Assembly: GCA_000165425.1 (NCBI GenBank) | Contig: CT868014.1 | Location: 1-64,000, forward strand | Reading direction: 5' to 3' | Length of the DNA stretch: 64,000 bases | From: Paramecium tetraurelia | Taxonomy: Eukaryota | In this document: positions 39,174 through 56,327 of the stretch, piece after piece | How positions within the stretch are numbered: position 1 is the stretch's first letter | How the letters are laid out: every line of letters starts with the position of its first letter | The notes under the pieces: model-generated | Told to the model about the DNA's origin: nothing | The model's input: only the letters and a program-made list of their open reading frames with translations | The model's database searches: none | Made by a program: the position numbers and the translations under genes

Positions 39174-40683
39174 ATGTTAAGCCGATAGAATGAATAAAAT
39201 ATTGATAGGTCACCAGCGCCGATGGTACACGGTTTGCATAAATTGGCAGTACCATCAAGTTAACAATCATCAGCCAATCATTCAAAGAAATCGTCGATCT
39301 CTAAATAGCAATAGCCGAAACAGATATCATTTCTTAACTACTTGATCTTGAAGGATAAATCGTAAATCGCTTAAGATGAAGAGAAAGAAAGTTGAATATA
39401 ACATTTGAAATTAGATATAAACGAGCCTGTAGTATAAAAGAATATGTTTAATTTTCAATTTGTGATTGGAATAGGAGGTTTTGGAAAAGTTTGGAAGGTG
39501 GAGTACAAGAAGAATGGATAGATTTATGCAATGAAGGAGATGTCAAAAGCACTGTATTGATTACTTCATTATATTTAAGCATAATAGCCAAAAAGAGTGT
39601 GAATTCTGTGATGAATGAAAGAAACATCTTGAGCAATCTCAAGCATCCGTAAATAGTGCATTAAACATAGATTTTTAGTGAATATCTACTATGCATTTTA
39701 AGACAGAGAGAACCTATTCCTTGTTCTAGATTACATGTAAGGGGGAGATCTAAGATACCATATTGGAAAAATGAGAAGATTTACTGAAGATCAGACAAGT
39801 ATTTGATTACAATATGCAGGATTCTTCATGGCTTGCATCTTCTTGGGATTGGAATACATGCATTCCAAAAACAGTTTACATCGAGATATCAAACCAGAGA
39901 ATTTAGTACTTGATAAACATGGTAGAATTCATCAACTATATTGGTTAGGTTATGTCAGAATAACGGATTTGGGAATAGCTCGGAATCTAAGGCCTGAGAA
40001 TTCATAGGATACTTCAGGCACTCCAGGTTATATGGGTATGTTTGTAACCTTAAATTCGTAGCTCCAGAAGTGATGTGCAGATAAAATCATTCTTTCGCAG
40101 TGGATTATTTCGCTTTAGGAGTTATTGGATATGAATTTATGCTGGGCAAGGTAATCTTTAATTGAAATAATCAGCGACCATATACTGGGAGAACGAGAAA
40201 AGATATCAGAGATTAAATTCTAGCCAAACAAGTTCAGATTAAAAGATCAGAAATACCGGATAATTGGTCTCTAGAATCAGCAGATTTTATCAATAGAGTA
40301 CATAATTACATTAAGTTGTTTTAGTTGATACAAAGAAAACCAGCTAATCGATTGGGTTTCAATGGACCTCATGAATTAAGATAGCATTCGTGGTTCAAGA
40401 ATTTTCCATGGTCTAAATTAATGAATAAAGAGTTAAAATCACCTTACATTCCTAATGTATAAATCCGTTAAATTCAATTAGCAAAATGAAGATAATTTTG
40501 ATGCTCGTTAGATATCTATGGAAGACGAAGAAAACAATGAACTAATACAATAGCATTCAATCATGTTGAGAAGAAATTCTATTTAATGTAAATTTTGGGT
40601 CTATAAAAATTTAAGCCTAATTTTCTGGATATGAGATGGATAATTTTAGTGAGAAGCAAAACACATTGTTTAACAATTTTTGA
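39174..40683 (+). CDS. AGC-group Ser/Thr protein kinase
   Basis: IGIGGFGKVWKV, YAMKEM, HRDIKPENL, ITDLGIAR, GTPGYMAPE, PYIP tail; many tiny introns. Confidence 0.93.
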
Positions 40684-40835
40684 TAGTTATTAAAATCATT
40701 AATTTTAAGATTGTAAATTACATTTTAATTTCTAATCCTACGTGGAAAACTTTAAATTCATCATTCTGAAACTTCCTGATCAAATATGATTTACTTATAG
40801 AATTGACTAATTTAAAAAATAATTTATATATACTA

Positions 40836-43800
40836 ATGTCATTAAGTTTAAGTGATTTGACTAATCAATCATTAGACAAGATCAAAAAGACAATTACTAA
40901 AAAATAGTTTGAATTGAAAAAAGCAATAGAAGAAACTTTATGTAACATATTATTTCAATTTAAAGAGCTCAAAGATTACTTAGATGCTAATCACTTAATA
41001 AAAGTGTATTAATAGTGCATAGAATCAAAACAGGTTAAACTGATAGAACTAGCCTTGTTTGATATAAAGGTATGAAATTTCCTAATGATAGAATCTAGTT
41101 GAACAAGGTTTATTTGCAGGAGATCAAATGATTGGGGATAAAAAAGCCATTGATGTAATTTTGGAAATTGTGTTATCCTGCCAATAAGAGAAGGAGGAAA
41201 CACTGTAAATTCACATGATCAAAGCCATTCAAACTATTATGACTAATAGGAAACACCATATTCATGGACAACTAACCACTTAGGTATTTTAATTACTCAT
41301 CAATTTGCATTCAGGTAGTCAACATATTCAATATAATAGTCTCTAAATTTGTTGTAATTGTCAATGCAAGTAAGGAGGCATGTCAGAAAATAGTAAGTAC
41401 TTATTTTTAAAGATTGGAAGACTTTGGTATTTTAACAGAAACTGAGTATCAACAAGTAATTTAAAAGTACGAAAATCAAGGATAATTGGTTTTGGGTAAA
41501 TGTGGAGCAATAGTGAATGCTGAGCAATATATGCGATCATTGATGACTTCATTAGTTGATGAGGTCTAGATCTATAGTGAGAGAAGATAAATATATGATA
41601 GACAAATAGAAGATCTAAATTAAATCAAAGTTATAGATTTAAATCTGCAAGAACCTAATTTACGTAATGTAACAGTTGATAAAAACTTGATCTAAGTTTA
41701 TGTGACCAATGAATAGAATATTAAAAATGGAAAATTTGGATGGTGTGTTGTCTGCAGAAAGTAAGCATCACAATATTGTAAGGATTCCAAAGTACCTATT
41801 TGTAGCAAAGAGTGTAAGGTTGTACATCTTAATTCGATGAACAATTTCTCATAATGCTATCAACATTCAAACAATAGTGAGTTCTATTTTAAAGATGCCC
41901 TAGAGATATTGGAAATGCTATGTCAATTAAGTTAAAAAGATAGTGCTAATCCTTAATAAAATCAAACGGTTACTAAATGCAAGATCCTTTCTCTAGAATT
42001 AATCTATGAAGCTTTGGCTCAAAGTAATATCATATTACAGAATAAACAAAAATTCATTTAAGTAATAAAAGAACAATTATTGGAATCTCTTTTGAAAAAT
42101 TCTCTATCTTCAGAGAAATAATTACTAATATCTACTATGAATATCTTTATCTTATTGATTTGGAAAGTCAGAAGTCATCTCAAAAAGGAATTAGAAGCTT
42201 TAATTGAAAACGTTTATTTTAAGTTTTTAGACAGTAGCAATAGCTCCTTTGATCATAAATAATATACTCTTAAAGTATTTAATAAAATAATGACCAAACC
42301 CAGAATCGTCATTGAAATCTTTGTTAATTACGATTGTTCTTTAGGATAAAATAATCTACTAAAAAAGATCCTAGACATGTAGTGCAGAATCATCTAAGGC
42401 AGATTCAGTAAATAAGAGTTTCAAGCCTCCATTACTCAAAATTAAGAGACCTATCTTAAATCCTTATGTCAAGACAACTATTATGGATTTATTAAATGCC
42501 TTAGAGAATTTTGTGAATAGAATGAAGACCCATAAAATATCATATAGGTCTAATAATTTGATGACTAGGAAGACACTACCATTCAATCCTAACAATTATC
42601 ACAAGATCCAATCGAGAAATAAAAATAGATGAAATTAGAAATGAATAAAGCTGTTTAGAAATTCAATTTCAAACCTGAACACTGTATCAAGCATTTGATT
42701 GCTTGTTAGTTTATGGCGATAAGAGATCCTAAATTATTTGCCTAATTTCTATGGGAAAATCGAGATTTAAACAAAGACAAATTAGGAGAACTATTTGGTA
42801 GTTCAACAGAATTCAATTAATAAGTCTTCTAATAATACATAGATTTTATGAACTTTAAGGATTTGCAAGTAGATGAAGGCTTAAGATATATGCTTGAATT
42901 CTTTACATTGCCAGGAGAATCTTAATAAATAGATAGAATTATGGAAAAATTTGCATCTAAATACTGCATTGATAATCCTGGGATCTATAAATCAGCTGAA
43001 GCTGCTTATACGCTATCCTATCTATTAATGATGTTATAAACAGATTTGCACAATGAAAAAAACTTAGAGAAAATGACAGTTCCTTAATTCTTTAATTTAG
43101 CCAAAGGTATTAATGATGGTGAAAATCTTCCATAAGATTTATTGCTTGGGCTTTACCAAAGAATCTAAAAGACTCCTCTTGCATTGCATGCTAAAGAGTA
43201 AGCTAAAAGAGCACTTGAGTAAGCTAACTAAGTGGATTAAAGAAGGAAACATGCAATGTTAGCCAAAGAGACTGAGGAGTCTCTAAAAAGATGGTTTAAG
43301 GAACACCCTAATTAAGATGCTTATTTCTATGCTAATTCTATAGATCATGTCAAATCCCTATTACAATAAACTTGGAGTGCTATTTTCGCCTCAATTAGTG
43401 TATTCCTAGAATAAGCTGAAGATAAGTTATAGATAGCCTTATGTTTTGAGACTATTCAATCCTGTATCTATTTGATGGGTAGATTTGATTTAGATGAAGA
43501 AAAGGATACCTTTATCAGTTTTTTATAGAGATACTGTACTGGTATTCCAAATACATATCGATAAACAGTGGGAGTTTAGGCATTAATAAGAGCGACAATC
43601 TAATCTGGTTAATATTTAAGGAAAAGTTGGAAAGTAGCATTGCAATTAGTTTCAAGGTTAGAAATCATGCATCAAGCTGTGAGGAAAATAAAGGTAGATT
43701 CTCCTTAGAAGGAAAGTTATAATCAAGAGGATATTCAAAATATCGAAAGATTGTTTTAACTTATCTCCTATGATTAAATTGATAAGATATTCAATATGTC

Positions 43801-45780
43801 AATTAATTTAGATTCAAATTCCATTTTGGAATTCATTAGAGCCTTATGTGAGTTATCAAAGGAGGAGATCAAATAAAACAGAACATTCCTGTTGAGTAGA
43901 TTGATTGAAGTTGCTGATTTTAACATGGATAGAATTAAGATTGTATGGTCAAGAATGTGGGAAATAATGAGGGAACACTTTCTGGAAGTAGGATGTCATC
44001 AGAATGTTGATTTAGCAATTTATGCTATAGATTAATTAAAGTAATTAAGTTGCAAGTTTTTACAACAACCTGAATTAGCTAATTATCATTTCTAAAAAGA
44101 GTTTCTCATGCCTTTTGAATAGATATTCAGTCACAGTCAAGCGCAATCTCAATATAAAATTTAGTTAAGGGAATACTTGTTATCTTGTATGTGTATGATA
44201 ACTAATGTGTGTTTTAATTCACTTAAAAGTGGTTGGAAAATCATAATGAGTATTGTAAATTAAGCACTCCAAGAGGATTAATAGTAGCTAGTAAGATTGT
44301 GTGTACAGATTACAGATAAAATTATGGAAGATGTAAATAATCAATAGGTTAACCAAGAAATCTATATGGAACTAATTTAAGCATTAATAAAATTGACCAA
44401 GAACAAAGAAATTCATATAGTTGAGAATGCTATCAAATAATTGAAGACATTAGTTGATCACATAGTATTGATAAAAAATAATGACAATAAATTTTTGGAT
44501 TCATTGTGGATTCCTGTTTTGTCATCATTATCTATCTTATACAGCGATGAGAGAGCAGATGTTTAATAATTAAGTGTTCAAACACTCTTTGATTTGCTTT
44601 AAAAACATGGATCTTATTAAACAATAGAATTCTGGAAGATGATATTGAGGGGAGTAATAAGACCATTATTTGAGGAAATCCAATTTTCCAAATTAAAACT
44701 CAAAAAAAAATAGTAATCCAAGAAATCTATAGCATCAACTTGCAAAATGACATTTTAATTGTTTACAGATTTAGTGATTTCACGAATTCAATAGATTTAC
44801 CCTTGCATTAATGATTTAATAGACATATTAGTATAACTTGTCTTGTAGACTCAAGATGTAAATATATTTAATTATTAATTTAGTATATCTCTATTTTATG
44901 TCTTTAATCACTAAAGAAAATAATTTAGAATGTAGGTCAATCTTTAACAGAAGATAATTGGAATGTGTTAATAGAATAAATTCAACATTTATTGTAATAA
45001 TGCTCTCCAACCGAATTATTAGAAGCATTTAATTTGGATGAAGACTTTTAGAAACCTTTGGATGAATTATTAAAGGAAGAGATTAGACCCAAAAAGTTTA
45101 GTCTTAAAATAAATGCCACAGAATGTTTATCAAAACAATCCATCTAAGAAAGATGTTTGGAGATTTTAGAAGTATAAGTGACATAATTTTAAAATCATAT
45201 TACTTAACAAAATAAATAATAGATTTTGCAATTGTTTCAGGAATAATATTAAAAATGTAGAAGATTTAACACTAGTTTATATATGAGATATTTCTTGGAA
45301 CAATGGGGAGTTTAATGGAATTTTGTATAAGGAAGTTCATAAGAATTTGATGATTTGGAGAATACTTACACAACTCAAAACAAACAATTGAGTTTTATAA
45401 ATATTGAGTTACTAGCAGCTAAGGTCCTTATTACTTTTAGTAATGATCCTTTCTCTTTTGTAGAATAATTAATCTCAAGATTTCTTGATGCTTATAATGG
45501 GTTTTCAAAACCATTACATCGTTAAGACACTTTGAATGGCAATATAGAACAATTAAGACACCTTGAATCTTAGATTGTCATCAGTAGATTACAATTATTG
45601 TTTATGGAAAATGTATTCCCTTGGTTAAAGCAGAATTTGAAATCAAAAGTTGTAAACAAGTGGCTGATTTAATTACTAAAGGCTGGGTTAAATGTTCCAG
45701 GGGTTGAGAATAAGGAATACAATAAAATTTTGGTAAATTTATTGGAGGAAATTATAAATTAAGAGAACAATGTATTTTGA
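40836..45780 (+). CDS. Large Sec7-domain ARF guanine-nucleotide exchange factor (BIG/Sec7 type)
   Basis: HUS box IFVNYDCSL; Sec7 [35 protein letters not shown] region [18 protein letters not shown]. Confidence 0.93.
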
Positions 45781-45816
45781 TTCTGTTATATCTAATTTAT
45801 TATTATTATTAAAATG

Positions 45817-46714
45817 TCATTTTTTCATAAAAAAGGAACTCAAACTTTTGATTAAACCACTTTGTTATTCTTATTATGCTGGTTAATTTTCTTATTTCCT
45901 AGTTTGTTATTATTAAGAATGAAGATACCTATGAAAATTATCCATAATCATATTACTTTATTGCTCTTAATATAGATTTGTATTCTGTAGATTAATACAC
46001 TTCGGAAATCTTTTAATTAGATAATTTATATGTTAACTAAAAATGATCCTCCTTAGTTTTATCAGGCACCAAATCTGTGATGTCTGACACATTTATGGTT
46101 ACTCTATCCTTTGTATTTTCGATCTCGATCACGAATTGTTCGAATATATTCTTTCTAATTAAAATCTATCTATAAGCATAAAATTAAATACTAAACAAGG
46201 AAGATTCATCAGTCCAACCTTTTAGACTCGAAATTGTTGTATTTGATCTCCAACAGGTTTCGCCTGAACAGGTGTTGGTGCCGCTGGTTAAGGAGCGGGT
46301 TTACTTTATTCTTATATAAGGGTCTATTGCAATTCTTTGTAGTCAATCTATAATTGTCTATACATTTTTTCTTTTTGGCTTAATTCCATTTCTTTTTATT
46401 GAATTTTTTGATCATAAGCATCAATTTGATGTTTTAAGGTTTTCCTTAATTGTTCTTTCTCTCTTTGGAAATAAATTGAAATTGTACTCATTAAGTTTCT
46501 TCACTTAAGCAGTCAAATCCTAAAGATCTCTTTTGCTTTAGTCTCTGCTAATATTAACTCTTGGTGTTGATTATTTGAATGTGTTGAAAAAGCTGCTTTA
46601 ATCATTTATTCTAGAACATTCATTTCTTAAAGTTTCTCTATTATGCAATTAAGCCTAGAGCACCTTAATCTATTCAACAAGCAGCTGATTTTCTTTTTGC
46701 AGATCATTTTCCAT
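45817..46714 (-). CDS. Coiled-coil hypothetical protein
   Basis: MENDLQKENQLLVEQIKVLQAQLHN...; two introns; TGA 45817-45819. Confidence 0.7.
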
Positions 46715-47224
46715 CTTATAAAATTTTATATAAAAATGATAAATAATGCATTCAAAGCGATAACTCTCTGAGCTCATTAGAACAATTTAATTCTTAATAA
46801 TAATATTCTCTAATCGTAATCATCATGACAGAGAATAACGTTATCATAACATCATATTGCTGTAATAAAATGTTATTTAGTTAAAATCCTAAAATTTTAG
46901 CATTCTATGCATTTAGATGCCTACTATTTTGCTTCTAAGTATTCACAATATTTCATTCACTCAATAATTTTCCTCCCTATATAACCTAGTTAATAGTGTT
47001 TCCAACTATTTATGATGATCTGGCCTCTAATCTAACTTTTGACTGAAATAATGTTAGATTTATAAATAAAAGTAACTATGAATTCTTTTTATTTATATTT
47101 TTCAATAGAGCAATAAGCCATCTGGAATTGAGGAATGGCTATCCTAATTCAGTTAAAGATAATTTAGATAATAAAATACTCATCTTCTTGCATAGTGTAT
47201 TTATAAAATTAAATTGTATTAAAT

Positions 47225-48283
47225 TCATTATTATTAAGAATTGTTACCAAAAAAGCCTGGAATCTTATTATCCTTATCTGATCCATCAATTGCATCTCCA
47301 GATTGTTCTGATTAGGTAAACCCCTATTTGTCAAGATAAAATCTTTTACAGGATCGAAACGCCAGATATCTTCATATTGAATTATTGGTAAAAAGGGAGA
47401 AGCAACCTTGTAAGATAAATACGATTCCCAATCTTTAACATTTTAAAAGAATGGAAATTCTTTGATTTCCACTAAAGAGGGTCTTTAATTTGGATCCTTT
47501 TGCAATAACCTTATAATCAAATCCTTAAGTTCATCAGATATTGGAAAGTTGAACTTAGGTTGTGTTGTCTTAATTAAACTAATCAATTTATCTCTCTATT
47601 CTGACATGAAAGGTGGACACTCGGCAATTAATTCATATAATAAACATCCCAAGGACCAACAATCTACTTTATAATCATAGCCATCTCCAATTTGATTAAG
47701 AATCTCAGGAGCCAGATATTCAAGTGTTCCTTATACTTATTCAGTCATTTCTTATTGCAATATTTTGGAAAGACCAAAATCTGTTAATTTTATATAACCT
47801 TTTTCATCGATGAGTATATTTTTAGGTTTTAGACTATGCATCATTATTATAAATACTCCCTATAAATTATTTTTTAAGTATGTAGAAATTATAATGCATG
47901 AATTATTAGGATTGCATAAAATTATATGTGTTTTTCTTTGAACTTCCCCTTTGCTTTAAATAAACTAAATAAATCCCCTCCTACACAGTATTCTGACACA
48001 AAGTAAAAATGATTTACCTATTCAAATTAATATTAGGGGTAAACGATAAACTGATGCTTTTCTTAATTAAGAATAGTTTTTTCCATCATAACATATTACT
48101 CGTACTAATATTGTATTTCAATTATTATACGGCTTATTTCTTTTAATCAATTTATTTTTTCTTTAACTTTTTTATAGCATAAAATTTGTTAGTATCCTTC
48201 TTTTTAGCCAAATAGACTTTTGCATAGGTTCCTTTGCTAATTAATCGAAACAAAAAGAATTAATCTATATCCGCTTGCATCAT
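47225..48283 (-). CDS. AGC-group Ser/Thr protein kinase
   Basis: [51 protein letters not shown]. Confidence 0.9.
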
Positions 48284-48675
48284 TCTTATAAATTATTTGA
48301 TATTATTATATTTAATTATTTTAGTATTATTATGAATGGAAGAAGGATATTATTCAAAGAGTTTTTGAGTTTCTATAAATTATTATAAAGTTTGTAGGTG
48401 AATTATATGAATTTCATATTTTATTTGACACCATTTTTTTAATCTATTTTTTATATTAAAATGTCATTGTATTTCACTTACTTGATAATAATAAAGGTTA
48501 AGTTAGTATCATAATTTAATTTGGTATTTATTCAAAAATAAATAAATTGTATTTCAGTTTTTTGTAGTTTTGAAGTTCGTTAATAGCTAGGGCTATTTTT
48601 ATAAATATTGTTATAAAATAGTTTGGAAATCCAATTAAGAATGGAGAATTAGATTGTAAATTAGTATGTGTGATT

Positions 48676-49879
48676 ATGTAGATCGATGATGTGGAGAGAG
48701 ATTAAATTATCAAGTAATTGAAACTAGTTTAAGGAAACGATGTATATAATTCATTTTTATCTTCTAATAGAAATGTATCGATTGTGGAAAAAAAAATACC
48801 AAATGGGCATCTGTCACTTTGGGTTTATTCTTGTGTATTGATTGTTCTGGTAAACACAGAGAATACGGAGTCCGTTATACATTTGCAAGGTTGGAAGTTC
48901 ATTTAAGCTTAGATCTCTTACTTTGGATTCCTGGTCAAGAAAATAAATTACATTCCTTCAAGTAGGAGGCAATGAAAAAGCCTTGGAGTATTTCTAGAGT
49001 GTCGGATTAATTGGTCCAGGATGCAGTCAAATCGATTACAAAAGTCCTTTAGTTGAAAAATACAAATAAGAACTTCTTAAATAAGTACTCTAATTAGGTG
49101 TATTAGCCTTGTGCGAAGAAAAGCTGAACATAATTCGTCCATCGCTAATACCAAGTCCTGTGAAAATAGCTCAAACCTCTGAAAAGCCTGCTTAAAACAA
49201 AGAAGAAGAATCTCCAGTAAAAGAATAACCAAAGCAAGTGTTTTAAAACAATTTGTTATAAGAAGAAGCAACTGTGACTAAGAAAAGCAATAAAATTGTA
49301 TTTGCTGATAACGCGAAACCACAAGCCGCATCTGGCAAAGCAGTTTAAGGCAAGAAATTAGCTCACGTGGACTTTGACTCATTAGAATTTGATGATCCAT
49401 TTTCAAATCCATTCAATTAAGAACCTTCAAAATTTGAGTCCAATAAATCAGAATTACCATAATAAGAAGAACCAAAAGTGATTATCAAACAAACTCAACA
49501 GCCCACTTAACCTATTCCACAAACCAATGAAACTTTGGAAAAATTGAAAGACAAGAATGTTAAATCAATTTCATCTGAAACATTATTCTAATCTTAAGAT
49601 AGGTAATTGAGTTATATTAATTAACTTTTAGTGAATAAAATAAATAGAATATTTATAAATTCAATGGACAAACTGCAATTTCTAGTAAATAATTTTTTGG
49701 AGAGAAAGAAGAGGAGTCTGAGGATTCATCATAAAGTAAAATTATTTCACATTTTAGAAATGGATTAATTGAAGAATATGTTTAATTTTGCAAGTGAAAA
49801 AACAATGGAAACTTTTGGTACTGTAAAAGAGAAGGCAGGAGGTATTTGGGAGAATTTAAAAACAAAATTCAATAAATGA
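48676..49879 (+). CDS. ArfGAP (Glo3/ArfGAP2-3-like)
   Basis: [30 protein letters not shown] zinc finger; C-terminal KSISSETLF / TAISSKQFFG Glo3-type motif. Confidence 0.92.
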
Positions 49880-49889
49880 TGATATTAAA

Positions 49890-50429
49890 TCAATCAATAT
49901 TCGTATAAATATATTTAATTAAAGCTTCATCAATTACCATTTATAAATGAACTTCTTCAAATTGAGGTAGCTTTTTAATTTCTTTATAACCAATTTTTAA
50001 GAATAATTTAATTGAACCTTCATTTGAATCTTTAATTTTGGCAATATACTTCGTTTTCTTGTATCGATGTAATCCAAAACTCATCATCAATTTTATTGCT
50101 TCTTCTGCAAACCCTTGTCTTCTAGCATTTTTATTCCCAATCATAACATTGATTTCAGCCTCATCATCATCTAAGTATTGATGGAAAAATAAATTGACAT
50201 CACCGATCATCTCTTTATCATTTTTTATGATAAACGTATGCTTTAAGGGATCATTCAACCAACTTTCTTGATTTTTATATTCCTCTTCTAAACTCAAAGG
50301 TTCACTCCCTGTTAAGTATAGAATTTCTGGATCCTGCATCCATGTATGATAAGTCTTAACTACATCAGCAGTGTATGGAATAAATTTTAGCCTCAAAGTG
50401 GTAAGTGAAATTAATTTGCTTTATTGCAT
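49890..50429 (-). CDS. NAT9: GNAT N-acetyltransferase, NAT9-like
   Basis: PYTADVVKTYHTWMQDPEILYLTGSEPLSLEEEY, MIGDVNLF, AEINVMIGNKNARRQGFA; intronless. Confidence 0.9.
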
Positions 50430-50493
50430 ATTTTAATAATTAAATTTATATGTAAAAAATTGTATAAAAATATATTGTTCATATAAATTAATA

Positions 50494-52083
50494 TCAAAAT
50501 AGGCAGGTCCAAATTGATTTTTCATCACTTTTATAATTATTATTTATAGGGAAAATTTTATCTAGAGTCAGTTTGAATGCTCCATCTAATTCAGCATATG
50601 TATAAATCGGATTTGCATTTATTCCTATCAAATGTATTTTCTTGGTATCATCAAGTAAATAATCAAAGCCAAAGATTTACATACAATATTTCCTTTATCT
50701 TCTATTTAATTTACAGGGAATCAAAGAAATTGAAGTCTTAATTTGAGTAAGTAGGTCTTATAGAGATATCCCTTGAGAATCTAAAAATTCTACTAAGCCT
50801 TTGTGAGAAATGGCTTATTTTGGTTTAGTATGAGCAAAAGGATCTTCCTAAGTACTTTAAATAAATGGAATACCGAATTAGGATCATAATTAACTGTGCA
50901 ACACCTTCCAGTTGGTTCTGCTGAAACAAAAATCTAATTGTCCTGATTAACTAAAACATTGATTTGGATGTCAAACTTCTTTCCATCATACAATAGAGGA
51001 TTTGTTATATACTTCTAAATCACATACTCTTTTTAATCTTTGTATTATTGAATTAAAAATTAATGTAATTAATCAACACTATTTAGTATGGTAGCACCAG
51101 ATCCAATAGCTGATTTGCAGATCCAAATTTTGGGGACATCTTGTATTAGTTTTGAAATTTATTTATTATAAGTTTGGCCTCCTTTATTAGGAACATAAAC
51201 AGAAAATGGAAATTTTTATTGTGTTTCTTTTTGAGAATGATGAGTTATCAAATAATCCTAAATAAACTCTAGGTCTTCAACCCATTATGAAATCTTAAAA
51301 TTCAATACAAATCCTGGTGGTAATACTTTTAATGCGTGTTCTGGGGAGATAGAGCATAGATTATTGTATAGTTAGGATTTGGCTGACCATTCATGTTGAA
51401 ATTCCATTAAATTCACCATTTATCTTTTGGAAACCACGTCTTGCTTTGAGAGATTACTAAAATCTAAGAGTTAAGTTAGCCATTATAAATGAGCAAATGA
51501 ATTATTTGGAACTTCAAACCATTACTAACGAGTGCTCAGAACTTGTCTAAGAAGTGGATCATTTATTTGCATGGCATAGTTATACTATCTTAATATGGGT
51601 ATAATTTACTCTGAATTGAATGGGTTTGAGTTCTTTGGGAGGTGAAACATTGACAGGTTAAAGAGATGGAATATCAAATTTTTCATTTCTTTTTAATGGA
51701 TTGTAATTCTTATCGAAATATTTGGAAGGAGTTCTATTGCGTGGTTATTCAGGAGATGGTTGTTATGATATTTTTTTTTGCGATTGTTGCAAATAATGTT
51801 ATTTAGCTTTAACTCTATTGTATTGCATAATAAGTGCCTCATCATAAGCTTGTATAGGTTTCTACTCATAGTAGGGTTCTTCCCTTTTTTTTAAGTATGC
51901 AATTCTCTTTCTTTGATCTTTCAAGTATTCCTCTATGTTTTAGGCATAAATGTCTAAACTCTTTACTACATGAGGTTTATGTTGAAGCAATTTCTCTAAG
52001 GATTGCTTTTGCTTTTCATCCTTCTTGCAAAGTGCTTAAAGATTGGGGAATGAATTCAAGGATTTCGTTTATTCTTAAAGCAT
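50494..52083 (-). CDS. Tubulin-tyrosine-ligase-like (TTLL) protein with degenerate active site
   Basis: IWICKS, VIQKYITNPLLYDGKKFDIQ, MQIFGFDYLLDDTKKIHLIGINANP. Confidence 0.85.
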
Positions 52084-52144
52084 AAAGTACTCTATTGAAA
52101 AATTAATTATTATTTTAGTGCATTATAATATAATAAAAGCTCAA

Positions 52145-53527
<1,383 letters not shown>

Positions 53528-53662
53528 ATTCGTTAAATTATTAATAAGAAAATCAAAATATTAAGAATAGTTTAAATTAATATTATCTACACTTAAGTTC
53601 ATTCGGATGACAGAAAATAGATGAAATACATCAATATATATGTTCATTAATGAATTAACAAA

Positions 53663-54742
<1,080 letters not shown>

Positions 54743-54755
54743 TTTAATTTAAATA

Positions 54756-55618
54756 ATGCTTAAAAAAGAGCCCAATCGTTAGATTGATTTGACCCTTGTT
54801 CTCAACGCAACAAAGCAAAAGATCAAACTCTCCGTAGGCATTCATACTACTTTAAAGGAAGTTGCTAATCTTCTTGCAGAGGAATTAAGTACTGAGTCTT
54901 TACAAACATAGCTTTGGATGTATTCAGAACAAGAATCAGTTTTTAAGAGACTTACAAGACTATGAAGTTAGATGAATCAAAGACTCTCAAATAATTGGGC
55001 ATCACAATTGATAATCAGCAATTATTTGCAAATGTAGAGACAATACAAACCAAGACGATTGGGAGAGTTACTTTGGCTAAAACCTTCTAAAAACCAATTG
55101 AGAGATTTCGAGTGACTGATTTAGATCTAGTTCCATTCCACCCTGGTCAAATCTAGCCATTCGAAGTTGAGGGCTTGACATTGGAAGTAAGAGTCAATCT
55201 CATTATATAGGCTGTTTGCATAAATAGCAAATGCATTAATTTTCAAAGAGAAATAGTATTCCCCATAGGGTTTGGAACTTTCAGCTTTCAACGAATAATG
55301 AGAGATGTTAAATGTGATATGTGCCCTTATAGAGCACTCGGCATCAATCCATCTGTTTTGGTGAGAGAATTGCTGTTTCGTGATTGCAAGTGGACAATAT
55401 CAGGACTGAAGAAAGGAGGCAATGGTGTATTTGATCAATGCTTGAATAGATGGGTCAAAGTGAAAGGGAGAGATAGTTTGGCATTTCCATAGATTGTTGG
55501 TTAGGATAAATGGAAGGAAGTTTGGATTGAAATTAAACCAATTGGAGTTGGAACTCAGAAGCATCCATTCTTAATACAACCTGATTGTTTGGACGATTTC
55601 TATTACTCCTATTTTTGA
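54756..55618 (+). CDS. N-terminal ubiquitin-like domain plus Cys-rich (zinc-ribbon-like) domain protein
   Basis: IKLSVGIHTTLKEVANLL..LDESKTLKQLGI; GLTLEAVCINSKC..IGFGTF..KCDMC..FRDCKWTISG; two introns. Confidence 0.7.
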
Positions 55619-55679
55619 AGTATATTTATATATATAATAATGTGGACTCTTGATTAAAATTATAAATAAGAAATAATTC

Positions 55680-56327
55680 ATGGAAGTATTCACTTTACCA
55701 ATATTTTTGAAATTGAACAAATTAAAATCCTGTCAAGTGGAGGAAATGGAAGCTCCATTGGAGGAACCACAACCATAGCCTACTTGTGAAGAATGCAAAA
55801 AGGTTTTTACCAACAATTCTAAACTATAAAGACACATACGAGAGACACACTAGAACCTGAAGCAATTTAGATGTGATCAATGTGGGAAGGAGTTTAAGCG
55901 TTCTTAGCATCTGAAACGACATCAATTAACTCATAGTGGGAATAGGCCATTTGAATGTGAAAGTACATAATAGATTTGAGATAGAGGTTGTCCCTAGAAG
56001 TTTACTTGCAAGCATCATTTGAAAAGACATATGCAATTAATTCATGAGATGATCTCATATGAATGTCAGGAGTGTGAATAAAAGTTTACGAAGAAACGAC
56101 AATTAAAGAAGCATTAGCTAGATCACCATAAAAAGCAATAGCAACAAAAGGAGTTGTTTTAGTGTTTGAAATGCAGCAGAGTATTTTAGAGGTTGAGGTC
56201 TTTGAGGAAACATAACTTAATCAGACATAAACATATCAGAGCTTTTGCTTGTGAAACGTGTAATAAGCGATTTGCTCACAAGCATACCTTAAAGATACAT
56301 AGATAAAGAAGTCACAATGAAAATTGA
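55680..56327 (+). CDS. C2H2 zinc-finger protein (6 fingers)
   Basis: [51 protein letters not shown] linker, CETCNKRFAHKHTLKIHRQRSH. Confidence 0.9.
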
